Source of the DNA: an uncultured Acidobacteriota bacterium
Lineage (GTDB): Bacteria; Acidobacteriota; Thermoanaerobaculia; Gp7-AA8
DNA: 64,000 nt
Assembly (NCBI GenBank): GCA_963822445.1
Contig: CAWGHO010000001.1
Span: forward strand, 608,001 to 672,000
Direction: 5' to 3'
The translations under genes were made by a program, and so were the position numbers. The notes below the pieces were generated by a model. The model was given only the letters and a program-made list of their open reading frames with translations, did no database searches and was not told the origin of the DNA. Below are positions 19,173 through 29,900 of the stretch, piece after piece. How positions within the stretch are numbered: the first letter of the stretch is position 1; every line of letters starts with the position of its first letter.

Positions 19173-19908
19173 AGATCGTCGGCGCGAGCAATCCCTTGCT
19201 CGAGAGCGACACCAGACGGTCGATGCTCGCCAGGAACTTGCTCCTGACCGGAGGAAGCGGCCGAAGCTCCCAGAGGATCTCCGCGTTCTGCCAGGCCGTC
19301 TCGCGGGCTTTGCGCACTTTCCAGAGCGCGATGACGTCGTCGATGCGGCCGAGCTTGTGATCGACCTCGCCGATCAGACCGGTGAGCAGCACCGTTTTCA
19401 CTTCGCCTTCCACCCGCTCGAGGAGCGCGTTCACCCGATCGAAGTCGCGGTATTGAGCGGTGTTGCGGCTCGGCGGGACTTGCGCCTGAACCTGCGTCTG
19501 AACGTGCGTCTGAACAAGGGCAATGGCCAGGTCGTGATTGATGTGCGCATTCATGCCGGCCAGAGCGAACTGCAGGCGGGCGATGTCAGGGCGTCCGCGG
19601 ACGTCGAACAGCGCGCGCCAGGAACGAGCGGTCTGCTTGCGGTCGCGAGCCCACGCCACGAGCGCGTCGAAGTAGAGGTTGGCGAAGATCACATCCAGCC
19701 GCTCGAGCCATTGCGCATCTTCCCAGCCGCTCGCCGGCGGGTTGTTCTTCACGCTTTCGGTCACGCGCAGATAGAGGAAGTTGAACCATTTCACCCCGTC
19801 GGCGTCGGGAAGGAGCTGGTCGATGCGGCGCATGACGTCGATGACGTCGTCGATCGTGCGCACCGGTTTGGCCGTGATGGCGGCGGAAACGGCCTGATCG
19901 CCGTTCAC
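19171..19908 (-). CDS. DUF5995-family protein
   Basis: FNFLYLRVT, FANLYFDA, AGMNAHINHDL, R..AW motifs (family recalled, not searched). Confidence 0.8.
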   Translation of the reverse strand: MNGDQAVSAAITAKPVRTIDDVIDVMRRIDQLLPDADGVKWFNFLYLRVTESVKNNPPASGWEDAQWLERLDVIFANLYFDALVAWARDRKQTARSWRALFDVRGRPDIARLQFALAGMNAHINHDLAIALVQTHVQTQVQAQVPPSRNTAQYRDFDRVNALLERVEGEVKTVLLTGLIGEVDHKLGRIDDVIALWKVRKARETAWQNAEILWELRPLPPVRSKFLASIDRLVSLSSKGLLAPTI

Positions 19909-20096
19909 GTGCAGACGATCTTGCAGACGACGACGCGCTGCATCTGGCCTTCGACCATCTCCAGCCGGTCGACGCAGATTCGCCGGCAGTTCTGCCCGGT
20001 CAGCCCCATCTCGTCGGCTGCTTGGGCCATGATCCGGCTCAATTGATCGAGCTTCAACGTGCGCTCCTGGATGTCCACTTCACTCGCCTCGGCCAT
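19905..20096 (-). CDS. Small Cys-containing protein (63 aa), coupled to the DUF5995 gene
   Basis: CRRIC...CKIVCT; GTGA overlap with the downstream start. Confidence 0.6.
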   Translation of the reverse strand: MAEASEVDIQERTLKLDQLSRIMAQAADEMGLTGQNCRRICVDRLEMVEGQMQRVVVCKIVCT

Positions 20097-20157
20097 TGCT
20101 CGTTCCCACATCGGCGTCTCCTTTTCAACAGGGTCTTAATGCTCGTTCGAGGGACGG

Positions 20158-20853
20158 TCAGCGAAGTTTCCCCCGTACGACGTCGTTCCGCACGAGCCAG
20201 CGGCCGTCGAAAGTCATTGGAACCGGCCGGCCATTGCGTTCGGCATGAACGTGCACCTGTTTCTCCGTAACGCGCAACGCGTCGACACCGCGCATCTCCA
20301 CGACCACGTCACCGCAGCGAACGCGAAGCGGCTTGTTCGCGATCACTGTTCCACGGCAGGGCATGCTTACCGGCTCCCCCACCTTCGCGATCACATCGAC
20401 GCCGTAGCTCTCCGCCCCCCGCCCGACGTACGTGTTCGCGGCCGGCGTGCTTCCGCCGTGAATCACCGCGTACGAGCCGCGCGTGAGCGGAAACGCTAGA
20501 TCGATCGCGCCCGGCGGAACGGCGCGAGCGCGCAGAGCGCCGATGGCGACGTTCCCGAAGAAGAGGGCGATGAGCACTTTCACCAGCATCCGGATCGGCG
20601 TGTCGTCGACCCGTTCCTCGTCGATCGGACGCCGCAGGGAGATCAGCAGCGCGACGACGAACAGCGTGGCGATGAAGTACCGCACCGGAAAGCCGACGTA
20701 GCCCCAGGGGATCGTGAAGAAGCTGAAGGAGGTGAGGCCGAGGGCGAGGATCAGGGTGGCGATCCAACCTGGGCGGGGGCGCGAGGGGCGCCGCCAGAGC
20801 AGAACGCTGGTGATGACGGGGAGCAGAACTCCGGCGAGGAAGAGGTTGAGCAT
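20158..20853 (-). CDS. Membrane protein with degenerate M23-like C-terminal region
   Basis: 4 TM segments, then LAFPL..YAVIHGG..YGVD..HVHA. Confidence 0.6.
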   Translation of the reverse strand: MLNLFLAGVLLPVITSVLLWRRPSRPRPGWIATLILALGLTSFSFFTIPWGYVGFPVRYFIATLFVVALLISLRRPIDEERVDDTPIRMLVKVLIALFFGNVAIGALRARAVPPGAIDLAFPLTRGSYAVIHGGSTPAANTYVGRGAESYGVDVIAKVGEPVSMPCRGTVIANKPLRVRCGDVVVEMRGVDALRVTEKQVHVHAERNGRPVPMTFDGRWLVRNDVVRGKLR

Positions 20854-20941
20854 TCGGAAGGGCCGCAGCCGGCGTGTATCATGGCCTCTTCCTTCCGTCC
20901 AAATTCACCAGACGTGTCTTCACGCTTTTCGCGGGTGGCCT

Positions 20942-23900
20942 ATGAACCGAGCTCTGTGCGCGCTGTTGTTGACGATGTTGCTCCTCCCGGTTCTCGACGG
21001 CGCCGCCGCGAAAGAACGCCCGCGAAAGCCGGCCAAAGAGACGAAGGTCGAACGCCAGAGCCCTGAGGCCAAGCGTGTCACCGCGGTGGTCAAGGCCGAA
21101 CGAAAACAGACCGGCGGCCCGCCGGCCGACACTCCCGCGCAGGGCAAACAGCCCGTGAAGATCGGACCGCCGGTCGAGCGGGAGATGAAAAAAGCGAAGG
21201 GCAAAGTCTTCGATCTGCGCGCCCTCCCCTCGACTCCTCCCAGACAGCGCGAGCGGCCCGAGCGCCATGGACCGCCGCCCAATCCGGTCATGATCGAGCC
21301 GCCGGCCGGGACGTCTTCGCCGTCCATCGGCGAGGAAGGCTTCCGGCTGCCGGCGATCGAAGCCGCGGCGCCGGCGCCGATCAGCACCTTCGACGGTCTC
21401 GATCGTGAGAACTGGGGCGCGGGCAGCCCGCCCGATACGACAGGCGACGTAGGTCCCACCCACTACATCCAGGGCGTCAACACGTCGGTCGGCGTCTACA
21501 GAAAGTCCGACGGGTTCCGTCTCGCGGCCTTCACCTTCGACACCCTGATGAGCCAGGGCAACTTCGGGAATCTCTGCGACACCGACAACTTCGGCGATCC
21601 GGTCGTCCTCTACGACACCTTCGAAGATCGCTGGATCCTCACCGACTTCGCCTTCCAGCTCGACGGGCAGGGAAACATCAACCCGCCCGTCGCCTACCAG
21701 TGCTTCGCCGTCTCCATGAGCGGCGATCCGGTGAGCGGCGGCTGGAACTTCTATTCGATCGAGGTCACGGACGGGCTGCACGATTACGAAAAGCTCGGCG
21801 TCTGGAGCGACGGCATCTACATGTCGGCGAACATGTTCGGCTTCTCCGCGAGCGGTACGTTCCAGGGTGTGCGCGCCTGGGCCCTCAACAAAGCCCAGAT
21901 GTATGCCGGAAGCCCGACCGTTCAGATCGTGCAGTTCGACATCGGGAGCGGTGACTTCACCGTCGTCCCCAGCAACGCGCGCCTGCAGACCGGGACGCCG
22001 CCACCAGGCCGGCCGAACCTCTTCACTTCCACCTGGAACTACCTCAACGCGGTCAGCGTCTACAAGTTCGCCGTCAACTGGACCAGCATCGGCCTGTCGA
22101 CGCTCACTGGGCCGGACGTGCCGCTGGCCGGCACCAGCTGGCCGGATGCGGGTCCCGCAAACGTGCCGCAATCAGGCACCGCGCAGCTCCTCGACGCACT
22201 CCCGCTTCGCGCGATGGTGCAGAACCAGTACACGAACCTCGGCGGCACGGAGTCGTTGTGGATTCCGCACACCGTTCGCCGCGCGAACAACACCGGATTC
22301 GCGGCGCCGCGCTGGTATGAGGTGAACGTCACCGGCGGAACGGTCGCCGCGAGCATTCCTCAGGCAGCGACGTGGGATCCGGATGCGGCGAACGTGACGC
22401 ATCGGTTCATGCCCAGCCTGGCCGTCGATCGCGCGCGCAACATGGCCCTGGCCTACAGCACCTCCAGCGGCACGACCTTCCCTTCCATCAAATACGCGGG
22501 CCGTCTGGCCACCGATCCTGTCAATACTTTCAGCCAGACCGAACAGACGTTGTTCGCCGGAACGGCTTCGCAAACAAGCAGCGAGCGATGGGGCGATTAC
22601 AGCTCGGTGATGCTCGATCCCGACGGCTGCACGTTCTGGATCACCAACCAGTACGCCAATCCCGCCGCGCAGACCTTCGACAAGCGGTGGAAGACGCGCA
22701 TCGGCTCGTTCCGCTATTCGCAGTGCACGATGGTCGGCGCGGGCGGAGCTCTGTCCGGCACCGTCACGGCCACCGCGGGCGGTGCGCCCATCAACGGCGC
22801 CACCGTCGCTTTGGGGGCGCGCTCCACGACGACCAATGCCGCCGGCGCGTATGCCTTCACGGCCATTCCGGCCGGAACGTATCCGTCCATGACCGTGAGC
22901 CTGCCCGGCTACACCAGCGCCACGGCGACCAACATCCCCATCACGGACGGCGGCACCACCACGCGCGACTTCTCTCTGGGCACGGCGTCGTCGAACGCTT
23001 GCCTGACCGATACCAGCCAGGCGGACTTTCAGGCCGGCGTGGGAACGGACGTCAGCTTCACGGTCACGCCGGGAAGCGTGACGCTCGGCAGCGTCGACGC
23101 GACCGACCAGATCACCACGAACTACACCACCAGCGGCATCGGCTTCTCCGGGACGAGTTTCGCCGGCCAGACCTTCACCCCCGGCGTAACCGGTGCGCTC
23201 AAGCGGATCGACGTCGAGATCTTCTGCGCCTCCTGCTCCGGCACGAATCCCAACCTCACCGTCGAAGCGCGGACGACCAGCGGCGGCAACATCGTCATGA
23301 CCGCGGGAGGCCTCCTTGCTTCGGCGACGATCGCCGGCACGTCCAGCGGCTCCGGCGGGTTCTTGACGTTCAACTTCGTCACTCCGCCGACGCTGACGGC
23401 CGGGACGCAGTACGGCTTCGTCGTGCGATCGGTGACCACGCGGACCACCGGAACGCAGGCGGTCCTGGTCAGCGATGGAGACGGCCTCACCGGCGGCAGA
23501 CGGCAGACCTGCAGCTCGGCCAGCTGCTCGAACTCGACCGGCCAGTCGAACGACATCGTGTTCATTTCCTACATGAACGTCGGTTTTGCCTCGTCGGGCA
23601 CCTTCGTCTCGTCCACCAAAGACGGCAACCCCGCCTTCGGGATGACTCCGGCCTGGTCGACGATCACCTGGAACGGCGTCATTCCCGCGAACACGACGCT
23701 GCAGATCCAGATGGCCGGCAGCAACTCCGCGGCCGGCCCGTTCAACTTCGTCGGACCGGATGGAACGGGTGCGACGTATTTCGCGTCGGGCGCTTCCATC
23801 GCGCAGTTCAACAGCTTCCGCTATCTCCAGTACAAGGCCTACTTCACCACGAGCAATGCGGCCGTTACCGCGACGCTGAACGACGTCGCGCTCTGCTACC

Positions 23901-26900
23901 AAAGCGTCGCGTGCCCCGGCTCGGCACCGACCATCACGCCGACGCCCGCGCAGGTCTGCGCGAGCTCGACCGGCAATACCGCGAGCGGGCCGGCCGGGAT
24001 GACGGCGTACGCCTGGTCGATCACGAACGGAACGATTACGGCCGGCGCAACGGCGCAAACGGTGATGTACACGGCGGGGACTACGGCGACCGTCACGCTC
24101 ATGCTGGTGGTGACGGAGCCCGGCGGATGCCAGAAGGCGACCGTCCTCAACGTCCCGGTCTTCGGCGTCACGCCGACGATCAATGCCGGGGGTCCGACGA
24201 CGTTCTGCGCCGGCGGCAGCGTCCTGCTGACATCGAGCAGCGCGAGTGGCAATCAGTGGTACCTGAACGGTAACCCGCTCAACGGAGAGACGAACCAGAC
24301 CTACACCGCCACCGCTTCCGGCAATTACACGGTGGTGGTGACGGACAACGGCTGCACCAGCGCGCCATCGTCGGCCACGACGGTGACTGTGAATGCGATT
24401 CCGGCCACGCCGACGATCACCCCGGGCGGACCGACGACGTTCTGCGCGGGCGGCAGCGTGTTGCTCACGTCGAGCAGCGCCAGCGGCAATCAGTGGTTCC
24501 TGAATGGGAACCCGATCGGTGCCGCGACGAATCAGACGTACAGCGCTACTGCCTCCGGCAATTACACGGTCGTCGTCACCACGAATGGCTGCGCGAGTGC
24601 GGCTTCGTCCGCGACGAACGTGACGGTCAACCCCATTCCGGCCACGCCGACCATCACTCCGGGCGGACCGACCACGTTCTGCGCGGGCGGCAGCGTGCTC
24701 CTGACGTCGAGCAGCGCGAGCGGCAATCAGTGGTTCCTCAATGGGAATCCGATCGGGGCTGCGACGAACCAGACGTACAGCGTGAGCGCGTCCGGCAATT
24801 ACACGGTCGTCGTGACTACGAACGGCTGCGCGAGCGCCGCTTCCTCAGCGACTTCCGTGACCGTCAATCCGATTCCGGCGACACCGACGATCACTCCCGG
24901 CGGACCGACGACGTTCTGCACTGGCGGCAGCGTGTTGTTGTCTTCGAGCAGCGCCAGCGGCAACCAGTGGTATCTCGACGGCAATCCGATCGGTGCTGCG
25001 ACCAATCAGACGTACAGCGCCAGCGCGGCCGGTAACTACACCGTCATCGTCACGACAAATGGCTGCGCGAGTGCCGCTTCGTCCGCGACGGCCGTGACGG
25101 TCAACCCGATTCCAGCCACGCCGACGATCAACGCCGGCGGCCCAACCACGTTCTGCGCCGGCGGCAGCGTTCTCCTGACTTCGAGCAGCGCGAGCGGCAA
25201 TCAGTGGTTCCTGAATGGGAATCCGATCGGTGCTGCGACGAACCAGACGTACAGCGCGAGCGCATCCGGCAACTACACCGTCGTCGTGACCACGAACGGC
25301 TGCGCAAGCGCCGCTTCTTCGGCGACTTCTGTGACCGTGAATCCGACTCCGGCCACGCCGACGATCACTCCCGACGGACCGACGACGTTCTGCACGGGCG
25401 GCAGCGTGTTGCTGACGTCCAGTAGCGCGAGCGGCAACCAGTGGTACCTCAACGGGAATCCGATCGGGGCTGCGACGAACCAGACGTACAGCGCGAGTGC
25501 ATCCGGCAACTACACGGTCATCGTGACCACAAACGGTTGTGCAAGCAGCGCTTCGGCCCCGACCACGGTGACCGTCAATCCGATCCCAGCTACACCGACG
25601 ATCAACGCCGGCGGCCCAACCACGTTCTGCGCCGGCGGCAGCGTGCTGCTGACTTCGAGCAGCGCGAGCGGCAATCAGTGGTACCTCGACGGCAATCCAA
25701 TCGGCGGCGCAACGAACCAGAGCTTCAGCGCCGGTGCCTCGGGCAATTACACGGTGGTCGTAACCACCAACGGCTGCTCGAGCGCCGCCTCGTCCGCGAC
25801 GAGCGTGACCGTGAATCCGACTCCGGCCATCCCGACGATCACCCCCGACGGACCGACGACCTTCTGCGCGGGCGGCAGTGTCTTGCTCACGTCCAGCAGC
25901 GCGAGCGGCAACCAGTGGTATCTCGACGGCAATCCGATCGGGGCCGCGACGAACCAGACCTACACCGCCACCGCGGCCGGTAACTACACGGTCGTCGTGA
26001 CCACCAACGGTTGTGCAAGCACCGCTTCGGCCGCAACAACCGTCACTGTGAATCCGATCCCAGCTACACCGACGATTAACGCCGGCGGCCCGACCACGTT
26101 CTGCGTCGGCGGCAGCGTGTCGCTCACTTCGAGCAGTGCCAGCGGCAATCAGTGGTACCTCAACGGCAATCCGATCGGTGCTGCGACGAATCAGACGTAC
26201 AGCGCGAGCGCATCCGGCAACTACACCGTCGTCGTGACCACGAACGGCTGCGCAAGCGCCGCTTCTTCGGCGACTTCTGTGACCGTGAATCCGACTCCGG
26301 CCACGCCGACGATCACTCCCGACGGACCGACGACCTTCTGCGCGGGCGGCAGTGTCTTGCTCACGTCCAGCAGCGCGAGCGGCAACCAGTGGTATCTCGA
26401 CGGCAATCCGATCGGTGCCGCGACGAACCAGACGTACACCGCCACCGCGGCCGGTAACTACACGGTCGTCGTGACCACCAACGGCTGCGCGAGCGCGCCT
26501 TCGGCCGCGACCGCCGTCACCGTTAACCCGATCCCTGCCACGCCGACGGTCAACGCCGGCGGCCCGACCACGTTCTGCGCTGGAGGCAGCGTGCTCCTGA
26601 CTTCGAGCAGCGCGAGTGGCAATCAGTGGTACCTCAGCGGCAACCCGATCAACGGTGCCACGAACCAGACCTTCGACGCCGGCGCATCAGGCAATTACAC
26701 CGTCGTCGTCACCACGAACAACTGTGCCAGCGCCGCTTCGTCGGCAACTGCGGTGACCGTGAATCCGACTCCGGCCACGCCGACGATCACTCCAGACGGA
26801 CCGACGACCTTCTGCACCGGCGGCAGCGTCCTGCTCACGTCGAGCAGCGCCAGCGGCAATCAGTGGTACCTCAACGGCAATCCGATCGGCGGAGAGACCA

Positions 26901-29900
26901 ACCAGACCTACAGCGCGAGCGCATCTGGCAACTACACCGTCGTCGTCACCACGGACGGCTGTGCCAGCGCCGCTTCCTCCGCGACCACGGTCACCGTGAA
27001 TCCGAGTCCGGCCACCCCGACGATCACTCCAGACGGACCGACGACCTTCTGCACCGGCGGCAGCGTGCTCCTTACCTCCAGCAGCGCGAGCGGCAACCAG
27101 TGGTATCTCGGCGGCAATCCGATCGGCGGAGAGACCAACCAGACCTACAGCGCGAGCGCATCCGGCAACTACACGGTCATCGTGACGACGAACGGCTGCG
27201 CGAGTGCGACTTCCTCCGCGACCACGGTCACCGTGAACCCGATCCCGGCCACGCCAAGCATCAACGCCGGTGGCCCGACCACGTTCTGCGCTGGCGGCAG
27301 CGTGTTGCTCACGTCGAGCAGCGCCAGCGGCAATCAGTGGTACCTCAACGGCAATCCGATCGGCGGTGCCACGAACCAGACCTTCGACGCCGGCGCGTCG
27401 GGTAACTACACAGTCATCGTCACGACGAATGGCTGCGCGAGTGCGGCTTCCTCCACGACCACGGTCACCGTGAATCCGACTCCGGCCACGCCGACGATCA
27501 CTCCAGACGGACCGACGACCTTCTGCACCGGCGGCAGCGTCCTGCTCACGTCGAGCAGCGCCAGTGGGAACCAGTGGTACCTCAACGGCAATCCAATCGG
27601 CGGAGAGACCAACCAGACCTACAGCGCGAGTGCATCCGGCAACTACACGGTCATCGTCACGACGAATGGCTGCGCGAGCGCGGCTTCGTCCGCGACGACC
27701 GTGACGGTCAACCCGATCCCGGCCACGCCAACCATCACACCAGATGGCCCGACCACGTTCTGCGCGGGCGGTAGCGTGTTGCTCACTTCGAGCAGCGCAA
27801 GCGGCAATCAGTGGTACCTGAACGGCAATCCAATCGGCGTAGAGACCAACCAGACCTACAGCGCGACCGCATCAGGCAACTACACCGTGGTCGTCACCAC
27901 CAACGGCTGCGCCAGCGCCGCCTCGACCGCGATCACGGTGACGGTGAATCCCACGCCCGCCACGCCGACCATCGAAGCCGACGGTCCCACGACCTTCTGC
28001 ACCGGCGGCAGCGTGTTGCTCACCTCCAGCAGCGCCAGCGGCAACCAGTGGTACCTCAACGGCAATCCAATCGGCGGAGAGACCAACCAGACCTACAACG
28101 CAACCGCGTCGGGCAACTACACGGTCGTCGTCACGACGAACGGCTGCGCGAGTGCGGCTTCGTCCGCGACGACCGTGACGGTCAACCCGATCCCGGCCAC
28201 GCCAACCATCACACCAGATGGCCCGACCACGTTCTGCGCGGGCGGTAGCGTGTTGCTCACTTCGAGCAGCGCAAGCGGCAATCAGTGGTACCTGAATGGC
28301 AACCCGATTGGTGCCGCGACGAACCAGACGTACAGCGCGAACGTATCCGGCAATTACACGGTCGTCGTGACCACCAACGGCTGCGCGAGCGCCGCGTCCT
28401 CGGCAACGGCGGTGACGGTGAATCCCACGCCCGCCGCACCGACCATCGAGGCCGACGGTCCCACGACCTTCTGCACCGGCGGCAGCGTCCTTCTCACCTC
28501 GAGCAGCGCCAGCGGCAATCAGTGGTATCTCGACGGCACTCCGCTCAATGGCGAGACCAGCCAGACCTACAACGCCACCGCCGCCGGCAACTACACCGCG
28601 ATCGTGACCACGAATGGCTGCACCAGCCCGGCCTCCGCGGCAACCACGGTCACCGTGAATCCAATCCCGGCCACGCCCACCATCAATGCCGGCGGTCCAA
28701 CGACGTTCTGCACCGGTGGCAGCGTGTTGCTCACTTCGACCAGCGCAAGCGGCAACCAGTGGTACCTGAACGGGACTCCGCTCAACGGCGAAACCAATCA
28801 GACCTACAACGCCACGGCGTCCGGCAATTACACCGTCGTCGTCACCGCCAATAGCTGCGCGAGCGCGGCGTCCGCGGCCACCACGGTCACCGTGAATCCA
28901 ATCCCCGCCACGCCGACCATCAACGCCGGCGGCCCAACGACCTTCTGCGCGGGCGGCAGCGTCCTCCTCACTTCGAGTAGCGCCAGCGGCAACCAGTGGT
29001 ACCTGAACGGCAACCCGATCGGCGGCGAGACCAACCAGACCTACAACGCCACCGCCGCCGGCAACTACACCGTAGTCGTCACCACGGACGGTTGCACCAG
29101 CGCGGCCTCCGCGACGACGGCCGTCACGGTAAACCCCGTCCCGGCCACGCCCACCATCACCGGCGCGTCGAGCTTCTGCGCCGGCAGCAGCACTCTCCTC
29201 ACCTCGAGCAGCGCCACCGGCAATCATTGGTTCCTGAACGGCAATCCCATCGGCAGCGCGACGGACCAGACCTACAACGCCACCGCCGCCGGCAACTACA
29301 CGGTCGTGGTCACGACCAGCGGCTGCGCCAGCGCACCGTCGGCCGCGAAGACGGTCACCGTCACCCCGCTCCCGGCAACGCCGACCATCAGCGCCGGCGG
29401 TGCGACCACCTTCTGCGCGGGCGGCAGCGTGCTCCTCACCTCCAGCAGCACCACCGGCAATCAGTGGTTCCTCAACGGCAACCCCATCGGCGGCGCGACC
29501 AGCAGAACGTTCAGCGCCGGTGCCAGTGGAAGCTACACGGTCGTGGTCACGACCAACGGCTGCAGCAGCGCGCACTCCGCAGCGACCACCGTGACTGTCA
29601 AGCCGATGCCGTCCGCTCCGGCCATCAACGCCGGCGGCCCGACCACCTTCTGCGAAGGCGGAAGCGTGACCCTCAACTCGAGCACCGCCACCGGCAATCA
29701 GTGGTACCGCGATTACATTCTTCTGGCCGGCCAGACCGGACAGTCGATCCTCGTCACCACCGCCGGCTCCTACTCGGTGACGACCACCCTGGATGGTTGC
29801 ACCAGCGCGGCGTCGACCCCGACGTACGTGACCGTCAATCCCAGGCCCGACGCGACGATCACCGTCGCCTCGCCGATGTTCTCCGGTGCGAGCGCCAACG

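Noticed and set aside
24170-29845. CRISPR array or DGR template/variable repeats
   Set aside because: In-frame 237-bp coding repeats with largely synonymous variation; no spacers, cas genes or reverse transcriptase in the window.
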